Part shown: positions 1 to 12,759 of the stretch, in pieces
Layout: each line of letters opens with the position of its first letter
Position numbering within the stretch: position 1 is the stretch's first letter
DNA from: Lama guanicoe
Lineage: Eukaryota
Direction: 5' to 3'
DNA: 64,000 nt
Assembly: GCA_013239625.1 (NCBI GenBank)
Contig: MU054212.1
Coordinates: forward strand, 9,720,898-9,784,897
Notes under the pieces: model-generated
Database searches by the model: none
Told to the model about the DNA's origin: nothing
Seen by the model: only the letters and a program-made list of their open reading frames with translations
Made by a program: the position numbers and the translations under genes

Positions 1-1321
1 AGCCAAGTTTCCCCTCCACCCTCCTCCAGCAGGCCTTCCCAACACCAAGAGAGTAGCCTCTGCCAACTTGTGCCCGAGGTGTGCCAGCTCTGCCCACTCA
101 GGCTGCCCACTCTCCTACTCCGGAAGCTTCAGTGGCTCCCAAGTACCCGAAGAAAAGAAACCAAGTTCCTCAGTGGGACATTCAAGGCCTCCCACATCGG
201 AGTCCCAAGTGTCGTCTCATTTGAGACCTCCAGCCTCTTTCTGAGCGCCCTGAACTCCAGCAGTACAGTCTCCCTCACGGCCCCCCTCCCTCCCTCCTCC
301 CCTGTCACCTCCTTGGAATGCGTCTCCAGCCCCTCTCCGTCCACCCCAATCCTGCCCGTCCTTCCGAGGACAGCAAGGACCCCTAGGACTCAGTGCAGCG
401 AGGCTCATGGAAGGCACTCAGTAGACACGGCCCTGCAGTGCTCCCTGGCGGCTCAGAGCCCTACACTTCAGTCCGAAGTCTCAATCCATTGTCCTCTAAT
501 TGCTTGGCATGTACACCATTTCTGCTCCGCAGGAGGGAAAGCCCCAGGGGCAGTGGGGTCCGAGACCTCTCTCCTCGCATCCACCTGCTAAGCAGTACCA
601 ACACGGGGCCGTGCTCCTGGTGGGTGCTCAGGAAACACTTACCAACTGAATTAAAAGCCTTCTCTCAGGCTCTGAGCGGGCCCAGCTGTCGGATGCCAGC
701 TGTCAGAGCTGCTGGGAGAGGCCGAATGCATATTCATTTCAGATCCCTGGGTCGCCCTGCCTCGAAGGGCCTCCTGGACCATCCTAAACCACGTGGGTGC
801 CAGGGTGTGACTCTGCTTCTGCGCTCACTGGTGAGGGTTTTAAATCTCCTGGGTCCTTTCACCTGGTTCTCAGGGGTGCTGCCCTTTTTTGGGGTGGGGG
901 TTGGTGAATGGGGTACAAAGAGGGAAGTGTGTAAATCTCACGTGAGGATTGTGCAAACTGCCAGCACAAACTTAGCTAACACGTCTCAGGGGGCAGAGCA
1001 GGGAGGGGTGATCTTGAACCCCACCCTGTTTAAGCACAGCCAGGCTTGGCAGGGACAGGACCAGAGGTCTCGGGGGGATGTCCCCGACCCTCCCACACTT
1101 GTCAGCCCCCGACCTGGCCAGCCCTGTGTTAGCTACGCGGCTGGGAGGCTTTGCTGCTGTGCGCCCCGGGCCAGTCGCCCTCCAGCCCGGGGCAGACAGG
1201 GGCGAGGACGGGGCAGATAGAAGCGGCCAGGCCAGGAGACTCGCTCCTCCCCAGGGTAAGGGTGGGAGAAACGGCCGCAGCAAAGGCAGCAGCAGTGGTG
1301 GAAAGACACATGGCCACAGTG

Positions 1322-1490
1322 TGTTCGGCACTCTGCTAGCATCACTTCATGCATCAGTTCTTGGAGGAAGGCACTATTGACATCCTGGGGTCTAAAGGAG
1401 TAAACTGAGGCACAGAGAAGTGAAGAGATTTGCCTAAGGTCCCACAGCTCAGAGTGGTGAAGCTGGGTTGGCTGAATCTGGGGCCTGAGC
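1322..1490 (-). mobile_element. MIR SINE fragment
   Basis: Reverse-complement MIR core: aaactgaggcacagagaagtgaagagatttgcctaaggtcccacagct. Confidence 0.85.
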
Positions 1491-2659
1491 CTGCCCAGTG
1501 ATGTGGTGGGTTTGGCCTGTAAGTTCTGAGGGTCTTCAGAGAAGGAAGAGACTGGGATGGCTGGAGTGGTCACTTCTCCTCGGATAGAATGTGGGTTAGC
1601 AGGTTTAGCTGGGGGTTGAGGACTGGGTCGGCACTGGTGGGTCAATTTATGACGGAGATGCAACTAAAATACAGAGAAAAGTCATAGAATCTTGGCTTGC
1701 CTCCAAGAAATGATTTATCCAGTGCAGAAATTACCTGCACCACACTCCCTTCCCAGCCCCTGGCCACCCCTCTGCCCCATGCGACTCAAACTTGGCTTGA
1801 ACACATCCGTGGCTAGAGGCTCGCTACCCTCAGGACAGCCCGTGCCCTGGGGGTGGGGAGGGCTGGGTGCTGTAGGCAGAGCCGCGAGGGAGGGTCTGAG
1901 GAGCAGAGGGACACACAGGCCCGCCCGGGGCTGTCTCTGACCCTTCCCTCCTGACTCTCAATGCAGCCCAGACAAAGTTAATACAGAGGACAAATTCTCA
2001 CTTCTCAGGCGGGCTTGGCACAGAGCACACACGCCTCATTCCATGCTCCTGACAACAGACCAGAACTACTGTTGATTCCGTTCCTGAAAAGTAAACTTGT
2101 CACCTCTGCTGCTGGCCCCGAGAACGAGCGGGGCCACTTTCAGGTCTGTGGCACCCACCAGGCCACAAAGTGAGAGCAGAGACATGACCGTGGAGTGCCT
2201 GTGATGTGGGGACAGCTGTCAAGCGGCACAGGGGCCAGGACTCTTTAATATCTAAGCCACATGCAGAGACACAGAAGGCTACAAGTTTAAGAAAGAGGTA
2301 GAAGATAAAAATATGGTACCCAAGGGGTTGAAATCTTCATCCCCTATGAAGAACTCCATGGAATTAGAAACCACGTCAGTAGCTGGATAAACACGCTGAG
2401 TTAGCAGTGCTGTGTTGAGGAAGTATCTCTTAGAACACACTCTGGAATGACTCTGAATCAGCCTCCTCCTAACAGCATCGGGTCATGATAGGAGCTGAAG
2501 GCAAATGTTGCCAGTGTATGGGGTGGGGCTGCTGCCCTGTCCAGCGTGCTCTGCTGTAACCCCCACCCATTTCTAGGAAGCCAATAGGGGAGACTCTCCT
2601 GGCTCCTACCCATCATCCATGCCCTCGTCCTCCTCACTGACCGAAGCACATTTTGACTG

Positions 2660-3000
2660 TGGCAGATATATGCTTCATTCTGGCAAGATAATCCCTTTCC
2701 CAGCCTCCTTTGCAGCTAGAGTGGTCAGGGACACAGTTTTGGCCAGTGAGACACACACACAATTCTACTGGGGAGGAACTTATGGGAAATCTTTCACACT
2801 CCTGAGAAAATGGACAGCTACAGCTGGACTTACTCTGCTTGACTGTGGGTGTGATGCATGGAGCCAGGGCAGCCATTTTGTAACCATGAAGGAAGATTCT
2901 GATGCTGACATTTTTACGCTGCTAAGCCCACCCTAGACCCCAGACTCTATGAGATGCAAAAGCCCAATGCTCCATTTGTTGAAGCTACTGCAGCCAAATG
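2660..3000 (+). mobile_element. Ancient ERVL-type LTR remnant (LTR16/LTR33-like)
   Basis: tttcccagcctcctttgcagctagagtggtcagggacacagttttggccagtgag ... gcagccattttgtaaccatgaagg resembles recalled ERVL LTR consensus blocks. Confidence 0.65.
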
Positions 3001-3014
3001 GAACCTCAGTCACT

Positions 3015-3140
3015 GAAACTGAAGTTCGAGGAGGTTAAGTGGCTCCCCAAGGGCAACCAGTAAGGCTTCAGGCAGAGCAGGTGCTGGAATTTAACTCTTC
3101 TTCCCAGGCAGAACATGACTTCTCCAATTCAAAAGCAGGT
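3015..3140 (-). mobile_element. MIR fragment
   Basis: gaaactgaagttcgaggaggttaagtggctccccaagggcaac, a degenerate antisense MIR core. Confidence 0.6.
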
Positions 3141-3637
3141 CTGGTGTGCAGTGACACCTGTGGGAACTGACACATTTGGCCCCGTAGGAGTCTAGCAGTC
3201 ACAACAGAGTCTCCCGTGGGAGCAGCTTGGTCTTGACCTTGAGGTGACAGAGACTGAGGAACACGATGCCACCCCTGCCCTTGCAAATCTCTGGTTTTCC
3301 ACAGGGGTTGGTGCCACAGGACGTCGCGTGGAAGGAGTGTGAGCCCTGGAGCCAGCCCCCTCCCCTCAGGCTCCTGGTCCATAAAACAGTGCTGGTAATG
3401 CTTCCCTGAGAGCACCTGAGTGATGCTGTTTTGACAAATAAATGAGAGGATATTTGTGACATGTCAGGCCCTTAGAGAGCACTGGTGAATCACGGGTGTT
3501 ATCCTGTCACACTCCTTCACTTCCTCTTTGTGTTTTCTGGGGTCACCATCGAGAGAAACCACTTGCACTCAAATGCTCTTCTACAGCCTGCTTCAGGGAA
3601 TACTCAAACTGAGAATACTTCAGGGCCTACAGTTAAG

Positions 3638-3806
3638 CCAGGGGTCATTAAACTTTTTTGTGCACATGAGTCTCCTAGAGATCTTGCTACAATGTGGTGG
3701 GTAGAGTCTGAGTGACACGGCTCAGACAGTCTGGGCGGGGCTGAAGACTCCACTTTGAACAAGCACTTGGTGATGCAGATATGCCCAAATCCACACTGAG
3801 CCAGGG
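3638..3806 (-). mobile_element. MER5A-like hAT-Charlie DNA transposon fossil
   Basis: aaacttttttgtgcacatgagtctcctagagatcttgc ... tctgggcggggctgaaga ... aacaagcacttggtgatgcagat follows the MER5A layout. Confidence 0.65.
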
Positions 3807-6029
3807 ACGATTAGACCCCTGGCTCTGTTGACCTTGCTCAGACAAAGGGGAGGCCAATGTGGGTTAGAGCATCCTGGGAGCGCTTCCTAGATGAAGGCGG
3901 AGGCTAGAGTTAAGTCCTGAGGCCCGGAGAGGACTGTGGTGGGAAGCAGGATGTCTGGGACTCACGTGCCCGGAGGTGATGGGGCCTGCAGGCTGCGGGA
4001 TGGAGGTTCTGCAGAGCAGCAGTGTGACAAAGCCCCGCTGGTTTCTCCCACCACTTCCTCCCCATCCCCATCCCCATCCTCATCCCTAACTCCAGGAGGA
4101 AAATCCAGACTTTCCTGGCTCCCCAAAGCCTCCTCTCCTTACTACCTGCCCAGTTTCCTCTCCCTAACACACACCTGGATCCTGTCTCCCCGTCCATGGG
4201 GCCCTTTCTGGTCATTCCAGCTCACAGTCCCTCCCTCTTCTGAAATGTAGTAAGACTCATAGTCCAAATCACACATTTGACCATTTCACAGTGTTATTGT
4301 CCTGTTACTATTTCATGAGTGAATTAGGAGTCACTGGACTTTACTGTGGCAAAGGACCCCGAAGTCCACCATACTCACATCACTGTTCTGTCATTCATAA
4401 TAATACCTGGATTTACAGCCATCCACAGCATCTGAAGAGCCTCCTCATAAATTTTCACTCTGGAATTAGGAATTGGGCCCAGAAAGGTCATGATGCCAAG
4501 TCATCCAGCTGGTTGGTGTCATCCTTACAGGCTGTAAGTGCTCAGAAGGGTGGAGCGGAGCGGAGTGTTCCGCCGGGCACAGATCTGGGCACCCCAGGCT
4601 CACACTTGCCTTGTGCGCACTCAGCCACACTCAGCGAGGGGCCACCTGCCTGGCGCCTCCTGGTGGTCACATCCAGGACATACCACAAGTGCCTTAGCTC
4701 AAAACACACCCTGGAGCCGCAGGAAACCGGAGCCCTGAGCTCCAGCCCTTTTCTCTTTATAACACCTATTTTCACGAAGAATTGAACAACAACAACAAAA
4801 ACAGCAAAACAACACTGCTTTCTGCCATCATCACCCAGGGTGCCCCATCTTTGATGGGACTTGGCAGCCCAGCGTTCTGGAACGATGCAGGCCCACGACA
4901 TAGACGCCTGGCTCTCTGCTCGCCCGCATGCACACGCTCTAGAAGAAACGCCTGCAGTCCTAAAGCACATCCATCCCGGAGCAGGAGTTCACGCAGACAG
5001 TCTGCTTCCCTGCTTCGCGCTCTGGCGAAAGGTCAGCAAACCCTCAAGCAGCCTCACACAGACTCACTCGGGTGCGTCCACCGAGGCAGCCTGGGACCCT
5101 CCCCTCCTGCACCTCCTCCAGCTCACACATGTGTGCCGGGAAGCCCATCACTCCTGTCACCACTGCTGAGACACACTCACACCCACACCAGCTGCGACTG
5201 CCCAGGACAAAGCACCTTCCACAGAGCGCTTCCTCCAGGCACCCAGGACCATAAAATGAGACATTCCTGTCTTTCCCAACGTACCCTCACAGAGCAAGCT
5301 GAGCTGACAACTTTCTAGGGGACAAGTGAGGGGGTGGGTGATGTGGATGGAAGAGGAGCCTTGAGAATGGATCTGCTGGACGCCACTGGGTGATGCCCAG
5401 GCAGGCGAAGTCAATGCGCAGAAACAGAAGCTCTCCCCTGCCCCCTGCCCCCTTGCCCCCCAGCCCCTTGAGTCAGCTCTGGGCAAAGAAGCGAGTACAG
5501 GAATTTCTGGGGATGGGGACTCTGGGAGCTGAAAAGTGGAGTCAACAGAGCAGCATGGAACCAACACCCCGCTGGGTGTCACGAAGGATTGGAAGGGGCC
5601 AGAGGGTCATTACAGGGGAAGCGGTGTTGGATTTGAGCCTCCAGGGATGAAGAGAAACTCTCAGGGCAGAGGGAATGAGATGGATAAAAAGAGGAGCCTG
5701 AAGGAAGGAGATGAACTTGGGCAGAAGCTGCATGGACCCGGAGGGCTGTGGCCGGGAGACCAAGTCTATCCAGCTGTGTTCTGTGGGTGACAGGAGCCCG
5801 AGGAGTTTACAGGCGATGAGATCTTTATGCTGCTGTGATAACCTCAGTAAGCCGATGAAGGATGTCAGAGGGGGAAGAGCCTGGAAGCTGGAGGTCACCA
5901 CACTGGGTAGGGCAGGGTGGGCTCCCCCAGAACATCCTGTTTTGTCTCCAGATCTCTCTCAGCTGGATTCCCGGGCACTTCCCAGCACTACGATTTTTTT
6001 TTTTTGGCACCTAAAGATATTTTCTGGGT

Positions 6030-6180
6030 CGTGCGCTGTCTCCACACTTGCCTCCCAAACCTGACTGTAAGCTCCTTCAGCAATGAGTCTGTGTCTCACT
6101 CCTTTTTTCTGATGCCAGGCAACCCCCGCCCCCGCCCAAAAAAGAACTCTGCCCGGGGCAGGTATTCTGTAAACTTTGCT
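6030..6180 (+). mobile_element. L2 LINE 3' end fragment
   Basis: gcctcccaaacctgactgtaagctccttcagcaatgagtctgtgtct resembles the L2 3' terminus. Confidence 0.6.
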
Positions 6181-6534
6181 GCTGCTGACTTGGGTGATGG
6201 CAATCGTGATCCAGAGCATGCCAGGGCCAAGTGTTGGAGAAAGTTCCTGAGAAAGAAACTTGAGCAGAGGGCAGGAGAGAGGTTTAGGGCCGAGGGGCCA
6301 CGGTGGACACAGTGGGAGCCAGCCCTTCCCTGGAGCCCTGCCCTGGAGCTGGCCCTCAAGAACAGGCCGCCTGTCTGGTGTGCGTCAGGGAGAGACAGAG
6401 CTGACCTGCACTTTATTACGCTTGTCACAAAGGGAGTCCGGCAGTGGAGGCCGGGAGACACTTTTCTTCCTCACCCTCCCACTCTCCCCTCCTCTCCCTG
6501 TCTTCAATAATGTGAGTAATGCCAAGTCTATTAT

Positions 6535-6725
6535 TCTTAGAATTTTAAAGAATGTCAGAGCTCGAAGGGGCTCCAGGAGCAATCTGGCCCATAGCCTCCT
6601 TCCACAGTCCAGAAGGTAGAGGCCCAGGGAGGTTCCCAGCTAAGTGCTTCGCCCAAGGCACCTGGCTCATGGCGGGCAGGTGGGGGCCGGGAGCTCAGGT
6701 TCCCTGGCTCCAGCCCAGGCTCTGA
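6535..6725 (-). mobile_element. MIR (MIRc/MIR3-like) fragment
   Basis: agaatgtcagagctcgaaggggctccaggagcaatctggcccatagcc ... gaggcccagggagg ... gcccaaggcac. Confidence 0.65.
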
Positions 6726-7169
6726 CACTCCACGTGCGTGCCTGCCTGCCTGCCGGATCTACTTCCTGTCAGGATGGGGGCTGTTCCCAAGGGAGGGGCT
6801 GGGCTGGGTTCTGGTCCTAGCTGGGTCACAAGCAAACTTCAATGCATTTTACTCAGATCTCGGGTTCTGTGTGGATAAAATGAGAAAGCTGGGCAAGAAG
6901 TCTGTGCTGAACATGCGCAGAGAGGAGTGTGCGAACGGCCAACGAGGAATGCCCTCGAATGCCTGCAGGGGGTCTGTCCTCTCCTGCTGCCCACTGCTCC
7001 CCCCGAGCTTACACCATTTGAGCAAGTGCCCCTTGACAGACCCTCGCCCCTCTAACACTCTAAGGACCCTTGGGCTTGACCCCCAGGGGACTAAGAACCA
7101 GGGAGTAAGAGAGAAGGGAGCCCCATCCTCAGGTCCCACTGTGCCTTTTTCCACCTGTCCTTGGTCCCA

Positions 7170-7350
7170 GCACAGGGGCCTTGGCACTACTGACATTTGG
7201 GGCTGGATACCTCTTTGTTGCGGGGCTGTCCTGTGCACGGTAGGGTGTTCAGTAGCCCCCTGGCCTCTGCCTACTGAATACCAGTAGCATCTCCAGACAA
7301 TGTCTAAATGTCCCCCGGGGGGCAAAACTGCTCTCTGTTAAGAATCACTG
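7170..7350 (-). mobile_element. MER20 hAT-Charlie DNA transposon
   Basis: ccttggcactactgacatttggggctggata ... ggggctgtcctgtgca ... aaatgtcccccggggggcaaaactgc ... agaatcactg matches the MER20 reverse complement including one terminus. Confidence 0.9.
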
Positions 7351-7567
7351 CCCTAAAAGGGTGGGTGAATGGCTTTCTTTAGGAAATATGGGAAAAGAGG
7401 GAAGATATGTCACTCGTTTCCCTAAGAGAGAAAGGGAAGAATGAGGCCTAGGGGAGACACAGAGGAAGGGCTGGTGGGAACCCCCCACTCCTACCTGGTG
7501 ACTCAAACACGGTTGAAGACCTTTCTCTCCCTGCCAAGGAAGAGCCATGGGGCTGCCCATTTTCCAG

Positions 7568-8029
7568 TGTTATGTGTTGAATCGTGCCCTTCCCCCTAAA
7601 AGATGTTGAGGACCTGACTCCCAGAACCTGTGAATGTGACCTTATCTGGAATAGGTTTTGCAGATATAATCAAGTTAAGATGAGGGCATTAGGCGGGGAC
7701 CAAATCTCATAAGGTGTCCTTCTCATAAGGGGAAACCTGGACACAGAAACGGGCATGCGCACAGGGGAATCAGTGTGATGGCATGAGAACGCCATCTACC
7801 AGCCAAGGGATGCCTGAGGCTACCAGAAGTGCAGAGGGAGACATGGAACAGATTCTTCCTCCCAGTCCGCAGAAGGAACCAGCCCTGCTCACTCCTTGGT
7901 CTTGGTCTTCCAGTGCTGGAACCGTGCAACCATAAATTTCTGTTGTTTAAGCCCCCAAGTTAGTGGCACTTTGCTACTTAAGCCATGTAGGTTGTGGAAC
8001 TCTGTTACAGCAGCCCCCAAACCAATGCA
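7568..8029 (+). mobile_element. MLT1 (ERVL-MaLR) solo LTR, MLT1B/C-like
   Basis: tgttatgtgttgaatcgtg start, gaatgtgaccttatctggaatagg, agaaggaaccagccctgc, ataaatttctgttgtttaagcc, tgttacagcagcc near the CA end. Confidence 0.9.
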
Positions 8030-8555
8030 CTCAGCGAGAAGGACCATAGGACCACAAGATGGAGGTACTGGGGGATCTGGCTCGTGACTCCACCATCTGA
8101 AGCAGAGACACTTGCTGATGGGCCCCAACTCACCGCGTAGAGATGAAAACCAACACTGTGCTTGCAGGACAGACAAGTGGAAATATATCACACCTCTAAA
8201 ATGAAATGCTTTGATTGCGCCAATCACTAGAAGTTGTCAAATTACCCGGAAGAATTAACAGCCTCCGTACATGCTAACTACATCCATCATAAATTCGTCT
8301 TTAGTTTCTGTTATCCTATCAATGTCTCTGGGGACCCCTGTCTTGTCATCATTTGCCCTTTATAATTTATTCATCTTGTTCTTGACTGCATCCTTTCTAC
8401 TTACCATTCATCTTTACAGTTGTACATAAAATGAGATGGCGCCTTCTAGGCCAGGGCTGTCAGGAGGGAGATGGGCCTCACTGGGGAAGTCCCAGTAAAG
8501 CTGGAGGGGGTCCCATTAGAGCCTCCAGTGGGTGTCAAGGTAGAGGTGTGGTGGG

Positions 8556-8760
8556 CAGAAGGAGAGAGAGAAAGGGTGTGCGGGAGGAGGAGGAGAGGGG
8601 AGAGACGGGAAAGGCAAGGGAGAAGGATAAAGAAGAAAAGGTGGGAGATGAGAAGGGGAAAGAGGAAGAGGAAGGTGACCAGAAGGGAGAGACAAGAGGA
8701 GGGAGCAAAGCATAAAGAGAAAAGGGAAGGAGAGAAAGAAAGAAAGAGGAGATGAGACTT
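8556..8760. repeat. Purine-rich (GA/GGA) low-complexity tract
   Basis: About 200 bp almost entirely A/G on the + strand. Confidence 0.85.
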
Positions 8761-9749
8761 GGGGCAACAAAAGTGGGCGGAAGAGACAGGAGACACATCA
8801 TGAGACAGCAGTGCTAGAAATCCAATTGAGTTCTCTCTCTCTCTCTCTTTTTAATTTTCCATTTTAACATCTTTCCTGGTAAACTCAAAGAAGGTCACAT
8901 TGAATTTCCATGGAAATGACGCGTCCTGAGTGGCGGGGACCTGAGTCGCGAGGTGTGATGGCAGCGATGTGGCCTGTCTCCCGGGCTGAACGGAGCGGGT
9001 GGGGGTGGGAGGCAGCCACGGAGGAGCGTGGGTTTGCTTTGTATTCTCAGGTTGCCAGAGTGAGGGCACAAAAGCCAATCTTTAACTAGTGAATTGGAAC
9101 TTTAATGTTTACCAAGCAGATACAGCTCCCACTCTCCCCCTGCGTCCTCCCCCCGCCTGCTCCCTCTTCTCCCCACTTCCAGGCCTCCTGCTAACTGGAC
9201 CCAGCTCTTCCCCATCCATAGCCCTGGTGAGGAGCCCCTTCTGCTGCCACAGGGGCAGAGGGCTGGCTACTGCTGGCCATGCAGTCCACCACTTGTCCAG
9301 CCGTGTGGTCTGGCTTCCTCTAATCGGAGTCTCACTCCTGCCTTCCTAACTTTGGAAACAGATGGGTTCTTCCTGGAAGACAATTCCCTGCAAAGTTCCA
9401 AAGGCAGGGGGAAGCGGGACTAAGCAGCGGGGACCTATTTTAAGGAACAGCGTCCTTCCAAGAGGCCTCCTGTGCACACTCAGGTCCTGGGGGGCTCTCC
9501 GAGGGGACCCCTCCTGCCCAGCTCACGGCTCCTGACCTGTCTGGCATGCCGTGTCTCCAGGCTGGATCTCAGACCAGCAGTCTCCTCTGACACATCCATC
9601 TTCCTCCCAACTCTCCTCACACCCTGCCCACATCTTAAACACATTTTGGAGCAACTCCTGCACCCCATAGTCATCTGGGTCCCCTCTAAAGCAACTGGTG
9701 GCACTAGAAAGGAGAGATGGGTGTCCTGGGTTTTTGTAAGGGACCCTTG

Positions 9750-9940
9750 TGCGGATCCTGGCTTGGCCACTATTAATTGTGTGACCTTGGGCAAACTGCT
9801 TACTCTCTCTAATCCTGGGTCTCCTCATGTATGGCAGATACTCATGGTATCTTTCTCAGAGGGTGGTTGTGAAGATAAAAAGAAGTAATGGAGGTGATGT
9901 GTTTGCATCATGCCTGTCAGATAGGAAGTGCTTAATAAAG
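9750..9940 (+). mobile_element. MIR SINE
   Basis: gatcctggcttggccactattaattgtgtgaccttgggcaaactgcttactctctct ... gtgcttaataaa. Confidence 0.85.
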
Positions 9941-9959
9941 ATTACCCTGGAGCTATTTT

Positions 9960-10153
9960 CCACACTACCCATTTTATAATAACGTGCTGTCTTGTACTGT
10001 TGATGATATTTTTGTGTGTATGCCTGGCTTCTGTCTCCAACTTGATGGACAGCTCCAAGAGGGGTGCGGATGGATTTTTCTTATCTCTGTGTCTGCCTGG
10101 ATGCCTAGCACAGTGCCCGACACACACTCAGGAAATTCACGTTGATGGATTGA
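9960..10153 (+). mobile_element. L2 3' end
   Basis: agctccaagaggg ... atgcctagcacagtgcccgacacac ... gttgatggattga. Confidence 0.75.
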
Positions 10154-11589
10154 GAAACCATGTCGACTGTACCATAGAAATGATGGAACAAATTTTGGGA
10201 ATGGAAGAAGATGAGTTGGAGAGAGCAAGGGGCCAGGAGAGAGCACGGGTGAGATGGAGAGTGTGAGGGAGAGATGGAGATGGAGCGTTTAGAAAGGGGA
10301 ATCACTCTGCCTAGATGCTGGCAGAAGACACTGCTCCAAGGGACCCTGACGAGGCTTTGTGGTTTACTAATCTCATTCTACTGAAGTCATGCCAAATTCA
10401 AAAACAATAATGCATTTGAAATACTGGTCCAGGGATGATTCCATTAGGCATCCAAGAGGCTGGTTAGGCTGATTCCCATGGATCCTGACCTCTGACTTGT
10501 AAGAATAGCCATTGTAGTCTGGTTTCTGAGCTCCCACTTATCCCAAGAGAAATGTCAGTTCCCCTTCTCAGTCCCCAAATGAGGACACGTGAGAGGGGTG
10601 TCTCTGGCTCTGCCTCTGTTGTTATGTTATTGTTTTTAGTAGTGGTGTATGTGTGTGTGTGGCAACAGTGGGGTTGTTTTCCTTGCTGCCAAAAGGATGC
10701 TAGCTCTGTAACCTGCTGGGAAACAGAACGGACTGCCTGTACCACCTTCTCCCCTTTTTTCTCCTCAGTGCGAAAGTGGAAGGCTGATTTTAATGGATTG
10801 ATCTGAATGGATTTTGAAGTCTGGAAAAGTGCCTAAATTGCTGAGGTTACCAGTTTCCAGGTTCTTTTTCCAATTTCTTTTTCCTTAGTCAGACACAGAG
10901 CATGCTCACCAGGTCACCTAGGGTGGTCACTGCAGACAAGAAGAGGTCTCTCCACCCCCTAACCAGACAGGCAGCCGTGAGCACCATCTCAGTGGGTGAG
11001 AACACCCATTACTCAGGTGGGTGGGGGCATTTTGCCTGGTCCCCTCTCAGCATTTGCCAGTGGATCATTTTCTCTGATCTCTAAGGAGAGAACCAACCAA
11101 CAGTAGTAACACCAGTCCTGCTTTCTGGAATCCAAATGACTCCACTTTAATATGTTGTCATTTTGTTTTTCATTTGTCTCCATGTGAGTTTGTGTGGGGA
11201 CAACGTGCCTTGGGAAGTTCAAGCTGCAATCCAGCCTTTTTTTCCTGGTCCCTCGCCCTGTGTGCTGTACCTGCCCTGAGAATTGTGATGAGGTCTTTAA
11301 GTCCACGAGTCTCCCCGGGAGGCCTCTGAAGAAAGGATGGCATTCCAGGCACCGCAAGGGGACTCTAGGCTACGTTTTAGCTCCCCTGTTGGCCTCTCTC
11401 GTCACCCCTCCCATCTCTCAACATATATTCACATTTCTTTTTGTCCTTTCTCCCAAACTTGCCCAACTTGTCTTTGTGGTTTCAGGAAAATGCCACTGGA
11501 TCTCCCAGTATGAAGGATTAGCACAGATTATGGGGAACAGTGTTAATTATCAGTGGAAGAGGGGCTGGCGCGTCGCTCCAATGTGCTCC

Positions 11590-12460
11590 TGATTTCCCCT
11601 GGGCCTTTCTGCCTGGTAATAAGCCTTCTTTAATCTGGCAGGCCCCTTGGTGAAATCAGCACCACGGACAGTGGTATTGATTGCTTCTGAGAAACCATCA
11701 CAGCTGCTCAACCAAATTACCTTTGATATGTGACCTTTAATGTAATTACTGCAACATCAAAGTATTTCTATAAATTATTAAAGAACTAATACACTCCATC
11801 ATTTAGCTATTCTATTATATGTAAAATAAACAACCGCAAGTTAATGTTAGATCCTGAGCAATCCACACTCGCTACTGAAATTCTCCCAGCCTCTCCCCCT
11901 TCAAAATCCTAAGCCTCCCCCTCCCACCTTCTCTTTCTGTTTCCCCATCTAATTCCAGGCTTTTAGCCATCACGAAACTCCCCAGCAATCTCTCTCAAGC
12001 TGATGAAGGGCCTCCCATAACAATGTGGTATTTTCTATTCCATTTGGGTGGCTCTAAAATATCTATCACAATCTCCCCCAAAACAAAGTACCATAAACAC
12101 TTTATTAATCAGCACAAACCTTTCTCAGAAGCCTTTGATTACCTTACAATATGGCTTTATGCTTCACGCATAACATGGGGCGATGTGGAGCATATTTCTG
12201 CCATCTTACAGAGGGCACCCAGAAAGTAATTACTATAATATATGTGCATGTAGCCGCGCCGCTAGAAAACCAACTGGGGAACCGCCACCGTGCCAGAGCT
12301 GGGCTTCACACAAAAACCTGTACGGTGCACAATTTCTACTCATTTGCATCCGCGGGTGTGTTATTAAGATGACTCAGCCCCGTGCTTTGCAATCACAAAC
12401 ACCAAAATACAATACAAAGGCTGTCTTAATGGAAGGAAGGCCCTCCCCACCCCTAAACGG
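11590..12460. promoter_or_regulatory. Candidate conserved enhancer block upstream of CpG island 1
   Basis: Repeat-free AT-rich block in GC-rich surroundings, with RE1, TCF/LEF sites (11721, 11754, 12133), many TAAT/ATTA cores and a forkhead-like AAATAAACAA. Confidence 0.55.
11655..11675 (+). promoter_or_regulatory. REST/NRSF binding site (RE1/NRSE)
   Basis: ATCAGCACCACGGACAGTGGT versus consensus TTCAGCACCACGGACAGCGCC: 16 contiguous exact bases (TCAGCACCACGGACAG), 17/21 overall. Confidence 0.85.
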
Positions 12461-12759
12461 GTGAAAAGGATCTTTGAGGCTGCCCCCCTCCCCAGGTCGA
12501 GCTTTCTCTCTGTCTACCTGGTTAACCTTTCCCGCTGTGGGGCAGAAATGGAAACGTGTGTTTACACACGGTTTGCTTGGTAAGAATGTAAACATGCATG
12601 TGTAAATATTGGCGAGCACACATATAGGACACACGTGCTTCCCTGCAGGGTCCATTGTACAAGCTCAAAAACGGCACAGTTTTAAATTCTTTAAATTATG
12701 CCCACAAACATTCACATCTTTCCATTTATCTTTAGACACTCGGTGAGCCGTATATCTCC

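Noticed and set aside
393..1220. Longest ORF (275 aa)
   Set aside because: It begins at a GTG, has no recognisable domain and overlaps a probable L2 tail; such lengths are expected in GC-rich DNA.
2534..2554. Second RE1-like motif on the minus strand (AGAGCACGCTGGACAG)
   Set aside because: The left half-site departs from TCAGCACC at several positions, too weak to call without ChIP data.
8431..8801. Glu/Lys/Arg-rich and Ser/Leu/Phe-rich ORFs
   Set aside because: These are translations of a purine-rich low-complexity tract.
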